NCBI RefSeq assembly: GCF_004010195.1
Contig: NC_057719.1
Span: forward strand, 87,118,274-87,182,273
Source of the DNA: Chiloscyllium plagiosum
Taxonomy: Eukaryota
Length of the DNA: 64,000 nucleotides
Direction: 5' to 3'
Shown in pieces: positions 25,785 through 39,286 of the stretch; positions within the stretch are counted from its first letter, which is position 1, and every line of letters begins with the position of its first letter. Under the pieces are notes generated by a model. That model was not told where the DNA came from. It searched no databases and was given only the letters and a program-made list of their open reading frames with translations. The translations under genes were made by a program, and so were the position numbers.

Positions 25785-27100
25785 GAGGGAAGTTTGCAGT
25801 GGCATTTCACTGGGGTCTCTTGTACCCTTTCTTTTCATGATGTCTAAATAAATGATAATGTGTTTCAATTTTGGAGGATGACACAGATCTTGGAAAAATT
25901 GTAATTGGAGAGGAGGACAGTGTAGAACTCCAAAAGAGAGCAGAAAAGCTTGTGGAATGGTCAGATGAAGTTCAATCTGGAGATTTTGGTACGAACATGG
26001 AGAGACCATACAAAATAAAGGTGTTGCAGAAACAGACCAGGGTGTGCATGTCCATCTGTCATTAAAGGTAGCAGAGCAGGTAGCGAGAGCTGTTAATAAA
26101 GCAATACAGATTTCATTAATAGAGATTTAGAGTTTAAGAGCCAGCAGTTGCCAGGGTTTGAGCTATAAGGAGAGACTGAATCAGCTGGGCTGTATCCCTG
26201 GAGTGTTGGAGTCTGAGGGCTCACCTTAGAGGTTTATAAAATCATGAGAATGGATAGGATAAATAGACAAGGTCTTTTCCTGGAGGGAGAGTCCAGGACT
26301 GGAGGGCAAAGGTTCAGGATTAAAGCAGAAAGATTTAAAAGAGACTTAAGGGGCAACTTTTTCATGCAGCTGGTGGTGCTTGTATGGAATGAGCTTACAA
26401 ATGAAGTGGTGGAGGCTGGTACAGTTACAACATTTCAAAGGCATCTGGATGGGTATATGAATAGGAAGGGTTTAGAAGGATAAGGGCCAAGTGCTGACCA
26501 ATGGGACTAGATTAATTTAGGATATCTGGTCAGCATGGATGAGTTGAACCGAAGGGTCTGTTTCCGTGCTGTACATCTCTATGACTCCCAAGTTTATGCC
26601 TCAGCTGGGTTATTGTATAGAGTTCTGGGTGTCAGGGAAAGCATTGGAGAGAGTACAGAAGAGGTTAATGAGAATGATTCCAGAGGTGAGACTTCAATTA
26701 TGAGGATGGATTGGAGAAGATGGGAATGTTTACCTTGGAGAGGCAAAGACCATGAGAAGATTTGTTAGATGTTTTAGAAATCATTAGGTGGAGGGATTGG
26801 ACAAGGTAGATGGAGGTAAACTATTCCCATTTGGAAATGGATTGTGAATTATGGGCACATTTTTGAAGGCTTTGCAAAAAGAAGCAAATGTGAAGTGAAA
26901 AATATTTCCCCGAGTAATTAGGAAATGCTGTGTACTGCTTAGAATTTTGGTGGAGTCAGAGTCAATTGAGATGTTCAAGGGGGCATCGGATAATAATTTA
27001 ACTAGAAACAATGGCAGGGTTACAGGGAAACGGCGTTAAGTCAAAATGCTCAGAGCTGGCGCAACCACAACAAGTCAAATGACTAACTGTATCTATTGTT
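25785..27100 (+). mobile_element. Old CR1 fragment with a nested younger CR1 3' fragment (~26145-26587)
   Basis: Decayed DDTDLG RT remnant; nested RGNFFMQLVV..WNEL..GYMNRKGLEG ending in a ccgaagggtctgtttccgtgctgta tail. Confidence 0.75.
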
Positions 27101-28626
27101 CTGTGCAATGGATTAACAAGCCACTCAGTTAAACTCAACATTGAGGTTATCCATCATATCAAGGGCATTTGGGGACAGGCAATAAATGCTGAATGTCACC
27201 TAAGAGCAACTGTGTGCCATGAGTTATTAAAATAGGTTAGGGTGTGACAAGACACTTAACAGAAGGATAATGCAAAAATATTTAATTTAGTGAATAGAAC
27301 ACATGTTCATAGAAGTAAATTTTAAGTGTCTGAAAGGAGGGGAGAAAGACAGAGCTAGGCAGACGAAACTGCAGCTACCAATGACAGAATAATTAAATAA
27401 TATTGAAGTAAAAGAAGGCACTAGAGGAGCAAACATCTCAAAGATTGTAGGACTCTAGAAGGCTACAAAGATGGGAAAGTGAAGCCATTGAGTGATTTTA
27501 TAAGACCAGAGTGGGAATTTTAAAATTGAGTTGTCATCAAAGCAGGAACCAGCGTAGGTGAACATAGACAGGAGCATGAGCCACACCAAATAAAGAAAAG
27601 TTTCCTAATACAGTCTTTAAGTTTACTACTTTTAGCATCCTCTGATCTGCATTTTGCATAATCTTTGAAGTGCTGTTTTTGTTTCTCTTATCGATGCATT
27701 CTGGATGACATTAGAGACCTTCACTATCATTTTCCTGTAGGTTATGCAGGAATCCAGTACATGGGGAGCAAGTCATGCATATATTCCTTCAGCGAGGAAA
27801 CGTAAAGTTCAATAATATATCTTAAATGTCGGTGACGGTTGAAATTCAAATAGTAGGGATTCTGAGCTTAGCAGCATATACAACACTGAAACAAGAGACT
27901 ATGAAGTGTTGTACACTGGTTATGGAGAGTATTTAGTGAATATTGAATCGCTGTAGTCTGAGTGATGTGCTTGGTGGTGATAGTCAAGTTGTGTATTAGA
28001 TGCTTTCCATGAGCAATATTGCAAACTGTGTTGAATGTTGCCATTTGTCTAAGAGTCCAGTGAAAGATTTACATTCCAACTAGATGGCAACCTGTTTATC
28101 TAGTAGCAATTAGCTCTATGTTTGATTCACTGTTAACACTATTAAAAGCACATAAAGATCACAAATGCTAACACTGGCTAGTTTTATGTTCTGATACCAA
28201 AAGGCCCATCCCAATATTTATGTCTGACATGAGCTGCCTCACCATTATTTAATTTCATCCTTTCATCATATTTTTATTTGCTTTCACCCTCCTTTCATTT
28301 CCTAAAAACATGCATGTTGTTTGTCTGAATTACTCCATGTGGTGTGATTTCCAGAATTGTGGTTTGGGTGTTTCTCTCATGTAAGATTGACACAATATGA
28401 AGGTATCAAGCAGAATTATACTTAATTTTAATGATTGCTCCAGTCTTCCATAGTGTATTATGAAGTCTGTACAGGACCGAACATCATGACTGCTTCAACT
28501 TCTGTGCTCTAAATGACTTGAAAGGGAAATTCTAACTGCGCATATCCCAGCCCCTCAGCATTGTTGCATGGACATGATTACCCTTTCGGTATTTCACCTA
28601 CAGTATATTTTTCTTCCTTCCTGCAG

Positions 28627-28699
28627 AACAGATATCTTTGTGTTCCTTCTCAGCACCAGAGCTGGTGGCCTTGGCATCAATTTGACAGCTGCTGATACA
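28627..28699 (+). CDS. INO80: INO80 coding exon ([24 protein letters not shown]; helicase motif V)
   Basis: Acceptor ttcctgcAG and donor GTaag. Phase-2 start matches the previous exon; canonical SNF2 [11 protein letters not shown] motif. Confidence 0.96.
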
Positions 28700-29627
28700 G
28701 TAAGAGAGTAGATTATTTTTAGATTATCTTTCCCTAGTGTAATATGTTGCATGTTAGCATGTGGGAATACAGTTTTAGACTGCCTGTAATGCACCTGATT
28801 TCAAAGTATTTACTCAACCTTTGAATATTTAATTGAGTTAGATAAATTCTTGATAAACTTTTTTTCAGTCCTTTGCTTAGCATGTGTGGGTGGCAATGTG
28901 GAGTAATCAGATTAGCTTTGATCTTATTGAATGGCACAGCAGGTTCGAAGGGACCAACTGGCCTACTGCTGCTTCTCATCCATATGTTCATCATAGAAAT
29001 ATCCATTCAATGATTGATACAATTTCACCTTGTATTCAGATACCTTGCTGATTGACCTCAAATACCATGCCACCTTTTACTTCATTTCCCACCAATAGAA
29101 ACTATGTTCTGGGATATACTATTAATGTTGGGAAACCTCAACACAGTATGCACAATACAAATTTATTCCTAAGTTATTGCAAAATGGATGTTTTCGCTCA
29201 GTGAGACTAGAGGATGCTGGAGTTATAAACAGACCATGATCGCATAAGAATTTCTTTTGAGGTTTGACTCGAGCAGATTGTAGAACAACATAGAGGGAGT
29301 TTTACTCTGTATTTAACCCCATTCTATACTTGCCCTGGGTCTGTTTGCTGGGTACTATCCCAATATAAGTACATCACGAACATTGTTCAGCATCCCATTA
29401 CACTGTAGGGGAATCACTTGCTTGAACATTATACTTGGGCATTCCTGAGTGTAGTCCTGGAGTGAATTGTTACATAGCCTTGAAATTAGGCTGACAATGT
29501 TGTAGCAAAGTCATTGTGTTTCAGGGATAGTTGAACTGCCTGTCAGGGGCATTGGGTTTTGAATGTAAGGGGAGAGACTGGTGAGTATATCTTGCAATCT
29601 TTCTCCTAAAGATTTTGTTCATTACAG

Positions 29628-29786
29628 GTTATATTTTATGACAATGACTGGAACCCAACTGTGGATCAGCAGGCTATGGATCGAGCTCATAGGCTGGGAC
29701 AGACAAAGCAAGTAACTGTGTATCGACTCATCTGCAAGGGAACAATAGAGGAGCGAATCCTGCAGCGTGCCAAGGAGAAGAGTGAG
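29628..29786 (+). CDS. INO80: INO80 coding exon ([53 protein letters not shown]; motif VI)
   Basis: Acceptor ttacAG and donor GTac; 159 bp, phase 0-0; contains the [11 protein letters not shown] motif. Confidence 0.97.
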
Positions 29787-29837
29787 GTACACACACTTGG
29801 CATCCATTTCAAGCTGGCAAAAACCTGTAGAATGACA

Positions 29838-30270
29838 CAGTCATAGAGATATACAGCACAGAAACAGACCTTTCAGTCCAACTTGTCCATGCTGACCAGA
29901 TATCCCAAATAAATCTAGTGCCATATGCAGCACTTGGCCCATATCTCTCTAAAACCTTCCTACTCCTATATACCCAAGCAGATGCCTTTCAATGTTGTAA
30001 TTGGACCAGCCTCCACCACTTCCTTTGGCAACTCATCCCATACACGCACCACCCTTTGCGCGGAACAGTTGCCTCTTAGGCCCCTTTCAAATCGTTTCCC
30101 TCTAGTTTTGGACTTACCCCACCTCTGGAGAAAAGACCTTGTCTATTCACCCTCTCCATGCCTCTCATGATTTTATAAACCCATCCGCCTCAGAAGCTCC
30201 AGGGAGAATAGCCCCAGCCTATTCAGCCTCTCCCTATAGCTCAACTCTCCAACCCTGACAACATCCTTTA
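29838..30270 (-). mobile_element. CR1 LINE 3' end
   Basis: Collinear with the CR1 3' end at 19975-20410. Confidence 0.82.
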
Positions 30271-32170
30271 CTGAAGATGTACAATCCAGAACTTGCCACT
30301 CCTCTCGCTAAGCAATTTCAATACATCTACATCATTGGCAGCTACCCGACAATGTAGAAAATTGTTTAGCTGTATCCTGTACCATGGAGACCTCTTATAG
30401 AGCAAGAAAATTTTATTTTAATGTGTAGTTGCATTGAATAATGATGTGATTTTTCAGTGCAAATGGCTAAAAGTGAGGATGTCTAGAATTGGTAAACAAC
30501 ATTTCATAATGCAGAATTGCTGATTTTAGCCCTGCAGATTGGGATGGGCTTTGAGCAGAGACCTTAGGCATCCTACAACCAGTGACAGGACCAGGTTCCA
30601 AGACAGAGTTTGTGTGTGTGCCTGGAAGTCGGGAATTCTGGCTCCATTTAAATTGGGTGGAGCTTCTCTGGCTTCTGACAATTAATAATAAACTCCATGA
30701 GAGCAAATAAAGAGCACAATGGGAAATTTGTAATTTTCGTTAAAACAGGAGAGAATAATGTTTCTGATGCTATACTTTCCATTCCATTGAATGTTTTGTT
30801 TACAGTTTATGTATAGATTTAGTCAATGCATGGATTTTGAGAATAATTGGAGTGCCCCACCAACATCCGCTTGTTAAACACCTTGGAACTTCGTGCTTCC
30901 TATGATTCAGAATCAGACTGATTGGTGACCCACTGGAGAACCACGTTATAACTCATAATGAAGTAAAATATGTCTATGCTTGCTGACATAAATGAGCACT
31001 GAGTGCCATCACTGAAACAGTGGGGAGTAGCTGCAAACCATATGGTCTGTTGAGCCTTTCTGTCATTTATTTTTCTATCTCCCTCAATACCCCTCTCCTG
31101 TCTGCTAACTATATTCCTTGATTTCCTGACTATAGCTTTCAATATAGTCAATGATGGAACATCCACATTCCTTTGAGTGAAGAGATTTCTCTTCTGATTG
31201 CTCAATGGTCAACCTCTTAACCTGAGACTGCACTAGAATCCTCCAACCAATCCTACTACCCAGGTACCATGGGTAGTCCATTTCAAAGTGGCATTAAAGT
31301 CATCTGTTGTTTTAAAGTCCAAATGTATGGATCCAGTTTACTCAGCCCCTCCATCGCACACTTAAACTCAGAGTGCATGTGTTATGTAAGAGCAGTGATG
31401 TTACTACTGCACTCCCATTGGCTTGTGAGAATGCATTATGTCTTGTTTCTGCAGTTCCTACTGGCCTTGTTAGCATTTCACAAACAAGGTTGCAGCTTGA
31501 GTAACTGGGCTATAGCTATAATTCACTGTTTCCAGTACAGGGAGCAAAGTGATACCACTACATGTACAGTGAATTCTGGCAACAGGAAACTGAGCCAGTA
31601 ATCTGCAACTGAATGATTAAGATGGCTCCATTCTCTGCTGAGGTAGAGCTGTAATGTTTCTGTGGGTATCTTGTGAAAGATTTACATAGAGGTTAAACTG
31701 TAGGAGGCCAACAGTTTCACATGGTACGCCATTTCAGTTAAGACTGAAGTGCCCCATTGTCCGTGTTATCTGTTCTCTCTCAGCTTGTCAATGATACATA
31801 GGAGAGGGCACTATCTGGAATCTCACAATTCTTGCTTTCCCTTTCCTTCCTTCCCTTCCCACGGGATTCACTGCACCCTGTTGTATGCACACCAATTCCT
31901 TAATTCATTGGATTTTTCAATTCTATCTTTGAGATAAAATTCAGTTGTGGAATAGAAACAAATGCATTGTAACTCTTATGTATAATTCTTGATTATTTGA
32001 GCTCGATTTGTTTTACTGGCACCCACTGCTTCACTTCCTCCAAATAATCCTCTCTGATCTGTGTGAAATTATCAACTCATTGCTCCCTCGGTACTTTGGA
32101 GCTCATTTCGTACAAGATGCTTGAGCCTTTGTGACGTGAGGCTTCTGGACTAGAATAAACTCTTAAAAAG

Positions 32171-32260
32171 CTGAAAATGTGTTGCTGGAAAAGCGCAGCA
32201 GGTCAGGCAGCATCCAAGGAACAGGAGAATCGACGTTTTGGGCATAAGCCCTTCTTCAGG
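32171..32260 (-). mobile_element. Solo 90-bp PLE terminal repeat with a 13-bp TSD; hammerhead GAAA box mutated
   Basis: aactcttaaaaag at 32158-32170 and 32261-32273; the reverse complement reads CTGAAGA-A-GGGC(TTAT)GCCC-AAAACGTC. Confidence 0.82.
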
Positions 32261-32511
32261 AACTCTTAAAAAGGCTGGTTGACTGGAGCATCACAACTGA
32301 ACTTAGTCACAGATCCACTTTAACATCAACTTGTGTATGTTGCTGTTAATGTTATGTCCTGCTTCAAGGTTCTAAAGGTTATAAAGCAGAATTGTCATCT
32401 TGCCACTTGACAGTTTTGTTCTGTTAAGACAGGGCTAAAGGATTGTCTTCAAAGAGAAAAGATAGAGATTGGAAAAGTTTAAAAAGGACGTCTGAGATGT
32501 ATATAATGTAG

Positions 32512-32653
32512 GAGAAAGTGAGGACTGCAGATGCTGGAGATCAGAGCTGAAAATGTTTTGCTGGAAAAGTGCAACAGGTCAGGCAGCATCCAAGGAGCAG
32601 GAGAATCGACGTTTCGGGCATAAGCCCTTCTTCAGGAAGGGCACATTTTCAGC
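32512..32653 (-). mobile_element. PLE terminal repeat plus a short inverted end, 15-bp TSD; intact hammerhead core at 32608-32635
   Basis: atgtata(t/c)aatgtag at 32497-32511 and 32654-32668; the reverse complement reads CTGAAGA-A-GGGC(TTAT)GCCC-GAAACGTC. Confidence 0.82.
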
Positions 32654-33118
32654 ATGTATACAATGTAGTTAATTGTATAGAAAGATTATTTTAATTTAAA
32701 TCACAATACAACCCCAAACAAAAGGTAAAATCAAACAGATGAAAGGAAGATTTAGGACTGATGTCAGCAAGTTCTTTTCCCGGAGTACCAACATATTAGA
32801 AGAAGTTAGGAAAGCTAGATGGTGTGATGTGAATACTGTGATTTTACTGTGTGGATGAGTTAGGTTTGGCCAAGTGACCTTTTCCAATTAATGCTCACCC
32901 TAAGATTAGGTTTAACCTCAAAACCAGTGGCTTTGATTCCCAAAAAGTAAGCTATCCAGACATTAGTGAGTGCTGGATCCATGTGAAGTGCAGGCCTGAG
33001 ATCTGAAGAACCTATTGTAATCGGACTGATAAATGGGAGGACTTCAGATTCAGCAGGGACCATTTTAGACTTGGCAAAACTCAGGCCGATAATGTTTTTT
33101 AAATTTTTGTTCTTACAG

Positions 33119-33221
33119 ATTCAGCGGATGGTTATTTCTGGGGGCAACTTCAAACCCGACACACTCAAACCAAAGGAGGTGGTCAGTTTGCTGTTGGATG
33201 ATGAGGAACTGGAGAAGAAAT
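33119..33221 (+). CDS. INO80: INO80 coding exon (IQRMVISGGNFKPDTLKPKEVVSLLLDDEELEKK)
   Basis: Acceptor tcttacAG and donor GTaag; INO80-specific peptide; ends in phase 1. Confidence 0.96.
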
Positions 33222-33539
33222 GTAAGGACAATGCCTGTGTCTCAACAGATCTCTCGATCTGTTATTTTCTCTTTGTTTGCTATGTTCACAGGCCAGTTGA
33301 CTGGAGCATCACAACTGAACTCTGATAGTCGCAGATAACCATACAGGTGTACATGTTCACTCACACTTTCATTCACATATTCTTATGCACGTATTTTGCT
33401 CATTCTCCTCCACTCCTGCTGCCAGTCGTACAACTGAACTCTCGCTCACCTTCCTGAGGTTGGTAATTGGAAGAACTGAATGATTTTTCCCAACTTAACC
33501 CCAGGGACTTGAGCGAGCTTGGGAGGAAGCATTGGCATG

Positions 33540-33870
33540 TTGGTAATGTTACTGGATGAGTAATCCAGAAACCCAAGCTCATGTTCTGGTAACGTGATTT
33601 CAAATCACTCCAGCAGATAATGAGATTTCAATATAAAATCTATAATAAAAAGCTAACTGAATGGTGACTATGTAACCACTGTCATTTGTTGTAAACAAAA
33701 CTAATCTGCTTTACTAAACCTTTTAAAGAAGCAAAATTGCAATCCTTACCTGACCTAGCTTACATGTGACTCCAGACCCACCGGAATGTAGTTTACTCTT
33801 AACTGCCTTCTGGACAGTTAGGGATTAACAATAAATGATGCGCCGAGGCAGCAACATCCACACTTCATGA
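33540..33870 (+). mobile_element. Old tRNA-derived SINE (related copies at ~51485-51860 -, ~59875-60040 +, ~61990-62300 -)
   Basis: Shared motifs ggtaatgt.actgga..gtaatccaga, ccttacctg...acatgtgactccagaccca and caataaatg. Confidence 0.65.
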
Positions 33871-34555
33871 ACAAAACTGTTGGGACGTCCCTACAGCTTC
33901 CAACTAATATCTGTTATCATGCACAGATTGGGAATCAAGGACGAGATCTTCCTGAGTTTTTTCTCTTTTGCTGTTCCTGGTTTGTTTTCGTATCATGCTC
34001 TCACAAACCTTCAAACTATGAATGGTCAGATTTAAAGCCATACATTATGTCTACCAGAAGCTGATACCTCTCGCTCCTAAGAACCAAAAAGCTCAGCATT
34101 AATTGCAAGAGTTATAATGCTGGCCCATGAAGGGGTTTGACGAAGGAGTTTAGGCCCATAAGGTTAGAAATACAGAAACATGTTTAGTAAGGCACACTAT
34201 TTGAATTAGTAGTAAAATCAGTAATGTTCTGCGTAGTTCTACAAGTTTCACAAAGTGAAGTACTTTTTTGCTGTTTTGATGTGCTAATTATCCAATGTTT
34301 TCTTTCTATTGGAGAAGGAGGACTGTTTTATGCAGTTGTTTTTTAAAGTCTCTGTATTCCATTTCTCAATTACTCGGTTCTAACATGCACTGATCCCATA
34401 TATCACCAGTTAAATGTCACTGGCTCACACATGGAAAACTAAATGACCCTGGCCCTTGGGGTCAACTTGGAACTGGCAACATTTTCAGGTGTGAAGGCTA
34501 TGGACTGACTCTATTTGCATATTTACAGTTCTGACCACTGGGGAATGACAACAGA

Positions 34556-36165
34556 TCATAGAGTCATTGAAATGGACAGCACGAAAGCAGACCCCTCAAT
34601 CTAACTTGTCCATGCCAACCAAATATCCCAACGTAATCTAGTCCCATTTGCCAGTATTTGGCCCATACCTCCCTCAACCCTTCCTGTTCATATACCCATC
34701 CAGATGCTTTTTAAATATTGCAATTGTTCCGGCCTCCATGACTTCCTCTGACAGCTCATTACATACACACAGCATCCTCTGCATGAAAAGGTTCCCCCTT
34801 AGGTCCTTTTTATATGTTTCCCCTTTTACCCTGAACCTATGCCCTCTCATTCCGGACTCCCCCCACCCCAAGGACAAAACTTTGTCTATTTATCCTATCC
34901 ATACTCCTCATAATTTTGTAAACCTCTATAAGATCACCCCTCAACCTCTGACGCTCCAGGGAAAACAGCCCCAAGCCTGTTCAGCCTGTTAGCTCAAATC
35001 CTCCAACCCTGGCAATATCCTTGTAAATCTTTTCTGAACTCTTTCAAGTTTCACAATATCATTCCAATAGGAAGGAGACCAGAATTGCACTCAATATTCC
35101 AAAAGTGGCCTTTCCAACATCCTGTTTAACCGCAACATGACCTCCCAACTTCTATATTCCATGCTCTGACCAATAAAGGAAAGCATACTAAACACCGTTT
35201 CCACTATCTTATCTACTTGCGACGCTACTTTCAAGGAGCTATGAGCCTGCACTCCAAGGTCTGTTTGTTTAGCAACACTGCCCAGAACCTTACCATTCAG
35301 TGTACAAGTCTTGCTCAGATTTGCTTTCCCAAAATGCAGCACCTCTCATTTATCTAAATTAAACTACATCTGCCACTTCTCAGCCCATTGGCCCATCTGG
35401 TCAAGATCCTGTTGTAATCTGAGGTAACTCTCTTCGCTGTCCGCTACACCTCCAATTTTGGTGTCATCTGCTACTTACTAACGATACCTTCTATGTCCAT
35501 ATCCTAATCATTTATACAAATGACAAAAAGTCATGGACCCAGCACCGATCCTTGTGCCACTCCATTGGTCACAGGCCTCCAGTCTGAAAAACAACCTTTC
35601 ACCACCACCCTCTGTCTTCTACCTTTGAGCCAACTCTGTATCCAAATGGCTAGTTCTCCCTGTATTCCATGAGATCTAACCTTGCTTACCAGTCTCCCAT
35701 GGGAACCTTGTCAAATGCCTCACTGCAGTCCATATAGATCCGTCCATATAGATCTGCTCTGCCCTCATCAATCCTCTTCAAAAAGCTCAATCAAGGATTG
35801 GGACATGATTTCCTACGCACAAAGCCATGTTGACTGTCCCTAATCAGTCCTTGCCTTTCCATCAGGCTCACTGGCTTGTCCTTACCACCTTTCTTCAATA
35901 ATGGTACCACGTTAGCCAACCTCTAGTCTTCAGGCACGTCACCTGTGACTATCGATGATACAAATATCTCAGGAAGTCCGAGCAATCACTTCCCTAGCTT
36001 CCCACCGAGATCTAGGATACACCTGATCAGTCCTGGGCAGTTACCAAATTTTGTGTTTCAAGACATCAGCACTTCCTCCTCTGTCATATGGACATTTTTC
36101 AAGATGTCACCATCTATTTCCCCACATTCTATATCTTCCATGTCCTTTTCCACAGTAAACACTGA
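34556..36165 (-). mobile_element. CR1 LINE fragment (RT to 3' end, with deletions)
   Basis: Minus-strand peptides LHFGKANL..DLGVQAHSSLKV..RPLLEY and RGHRFRVKG..GYMNRKG. Confidence 0.88.
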
Positions 36166-36788
36166 ACAGGTGTGGAATTCTGGTTGGGGATGGGACCCAG
36201 ATCTGGACCTTTAACCCAAAGAGAATTGTCACTGTGGAGCTCTGACCAGCAGGAGTGGGAGGGAGTGTGTTCTGATACGGAGTTCTCACCTAGGAGACCC
36301 CAGGTGCTTTGAATAATTGTTTCATATCTAACTGAATAAGGTAAATCTCTTTCACTCACATGGAATTGGTACTGGCATACCATAAAACCTAAAGAAAAAC
36401 ACGTTGGGGGAGCATTTTCAGTGAATTATTGGAATTCCCTCTGAGGCTGCAAGGCCTTGTGGCTGAGCCACACAGATGTTAAGAGCAGAGATTCCAGTCC
36501 CAGTCTGTGCTTTATCAGCAGCCGTATTACTATTGATGTCAGTGCCTGGGACAATAAACAAAATACAGCCAGTAATCCTGTTCTTGATCATTATCCAGTG
36601 GTCTTTCTCAAAAGTGTGCACTCTCATATGAACATCGAGAAGTATCCCAATACTTTCACTGGGCAGGGAAAGCTAAGCATTTGATCCTGAATCCGAACAA
36701 GAATAATTCAGAATATAAGGTCTTGGATTGCTGAATGAGTGGGTGTGGGGATTGCTGAATATTTGATTGGTTCTTTCTCTGATTGAAG

Positions 36789-36877
36789 TGCGCCTGCGAC
36801 AGGAAGAGAAACGAATACAAGAAGAATCAAATAAAGTGAAAGATCGAAAAAGGAAACGAGAAAAATATGCAGAAAAG
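36789..36877 (+). CDS. INO80: INO80 coding exon ((L)RLRQEEKRIQEESNKVKDRKRKREKYAEK; basic, NLS-like)
   Basis: Acceptor gattgaAG and donor GTaag; phase 1-0, consistent with neighbouring exons. Confidence 0.93.
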
Positions 36878-37269
36878 GTAAGACTATCTTCCCAGCTAAT
36901 ATGCTTCTCTACATGGGATTGTGACTGTAACAGTGAAGCAGGAATGAGCCACTTGCCTTCATGCTGCAATCTATTTGCCATCTCTGAGATGGACAGCATA
37001 GACCTTTGCCTACAGTAGGCTGGAGAAATTGGAATGCTTCTGTTGTCACTTGTGGGAGTCTTTCAACAGTTCATGATTTGAGCAGCAGATGGAGCACCTT
37101 GTTTCCACATAGGCAGTAGATAAATGTAGTGCTGACAAGGTTATTACACACAACAATACAGTCACATATGTGCAAACAAACAAGGCCTTTAGCAGGGAGC
37201 TGATGGCATCTCCTCCCTCTTCCTCACCTGAACCTTACTGTGTCCTGTTCCATCTTTCTCTCCCACTTC

Positions 37270-39286
37270 CCAAAGTGGATTTCAACTTCCCAAATAGATT
37301 GGAAGCTCTTTAGATCAAGTAGATTGGACGGGGCGGTGTTTGTGTAGTGTGTCCAGGAAGCTTTTCTAACTCCGTATGTAGATTGTCCGACCAGAGGGGA
37401 GGCCATATTGGATTTGGTACTTGGTAACGAACCGGGACAAGTGATGGGCTTGTTAGTGGGTGAGCATTTTGGTGATGGTGACCACAATTCTGTGACTTTC
37501 ACCTTGGTTATTGAGAGAGATAGGTGCGTGCAACAGGGCAGGTTTTACAATTGGGGGAAGGATAAATACGAAGCTGCAAGACCGGATCTAAGGAGCATAG
37601 GCTGTCAGGGAATGATGTCGTTGAAATGTGGAACTTTTACAAGGAACAGATACGACGTGTCCTTGATATGTATGTACCTGTCAGGCAGGAAAGAGATGGT
37701 CGTGTGACGGAACCTTGGTTGACGAGGGAGGTTGAATGTCTTGTAAGGAGGAAGAAGGAGGCTTACATAAGGTTGAGGTAACAAGGTTCAGACAGAGCGT
37801 TGGAGGGATACAGGATAGCCAGGAGGGAGCTGAAGAAAGGGATTAGGAGAGCTAAGAGAGGGCATGAAAAATCTTTGACGGGTAGGATCAAGGATAATCC
37901 CAAGGCCTTTTATGCGTATGTGAGAAACACGAGAATGACGAGAACGAGGGTAGATCCGATCAAGGACAGTAGTGGGAGACTGTGTATTGAGTCGGAAGAG
38001 ATAGGAGAGGTTTTGAATGAGTACTTTTCTTCAGTATTTACGAATGAGAGGGACCGTATTGTTGAAGAGGAGAGTATNNNNNNNNNNNNNNNNNNNNNNN
38101 NNNNNNNNNNNNNNNNNNNNNNNNNNNNNNNNNNNNNNNNNNNNNNNNNNNNNNNNNNNNNNNNNNNNNNNNNNNNNNNNNNNNNNNNNNNNNNNNNNNN
38201 NNNNNNNNNNNNNNNNNNNNNNNNNNNNNNNNNNNNNNNNNNNNNNNNNNNNNNNNNNNNNNNNNNNNNNNNNNNNNNNNNNNNNNNNNNNNNNNNNNNN
38301 NNNNNNNNNNNNNNNNNNNNNNNNNNNNNNNNNNNNNNNNNNNNNNNNNNNNNNNNNNNNNNNNNNNNNNNNNNNNNNNNNNNNNNNNNNNNNNNNNNNN
38401 NNNNNNNNNNNNNNNNNNNNNNNNNNNNNNNNNNNNNNNNNNNNNNNNNNNNNNNNNNNNNNNNNNNNNNNNNNNNNNNNNNNNNNNNNNNNNNNNNNNN
38501 NNNNNNNNNNNNNNNNNNNNNNNNNNNNNNNNNNNNNNNNNNNNNNNNNNNNNNNNNNNNNNNNNNNNNNNNNNNNNNNNNNNNNNNNNNNAGGACAAAT
38601 AAGAATGCGGAATACAGGGTTAACGGTAGGGTTCTTAGTAAGGTGGAGGAGCAGAAGGATCTTGGGATCTATGTTCATAGATCTTTGAAAGTTACCACTC
38701 AGGTGGATAGAGCTTGTAAGAAGGCCTATGGTGTATTAGCGTTCATTAGCAGAGGGATTGAATTCAAGAGTCATGAGGTGATGCAGCTGTATAAGACCTT
38801 GGTTAGGCCACATTTGGAGTACTGTGTGCAGTTCTGGTCGCCTCATTTTAGGAAAGATGTGGAAGCTTTGGAGAGGGTGCAGAGGAGATTTACCAGGATG
38901 TTTCGTACGAGGGTAAGTTGAGAGTGCTAGGCCTTTTCTCATTGGGACGGCGAAGGATGAGGGTGACTTGATAGAGGTTTATAAGATGATCAGGAGAATA
39001 GATAGAGTAGACAGTCAGAGACTTTTTCTCCGGGTACAACAGTGTTACAAGGGGACATAAATTTAAGGTGAAGGGTGGAAGGTATAGGGGGATGTCGGGT
39101 AGGTTCTTTACCGAGAGAGTGGTGGGGTCATGGAATGCGCTGCCTGTGGGAGTGGTCGAGTCAGAATCATTGGTGACCTTTAAGCGGCAATTGGATAGGT
39201 ACATGGATAGGTGCTTAAGTTAGGACACATGTTCGGCACAACATCGTGGGCCGAAGGGCCTGTTCTGTGCTGTATTGTTCTATGTT
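37270..39286 (+). mobile_element. Relatively young CR1 LINE (endonuclease, linker, RT C-terminus, 3' tail) spanning the assembly gap
   Basis: DFNFP.IDW, LDLVLGNEPGQV..GDHNSV, KDNPKAFYAYV, NEYFSSVFT, LYKTLVRPHLEYCVQFWSP; tail ggccgaagggcctgttctgtgctgtattgttctatgttc. Confidence 0.9.
38078..38590. other. Assembly gap (513 N)
   Basis: Run of N. Confidence 0.99.

Noticed and set aside
37800..38921. Long ORFs of 186-373 aa
   Set aside because: They run through the N gap; the readable parts are CR1 ORF2.
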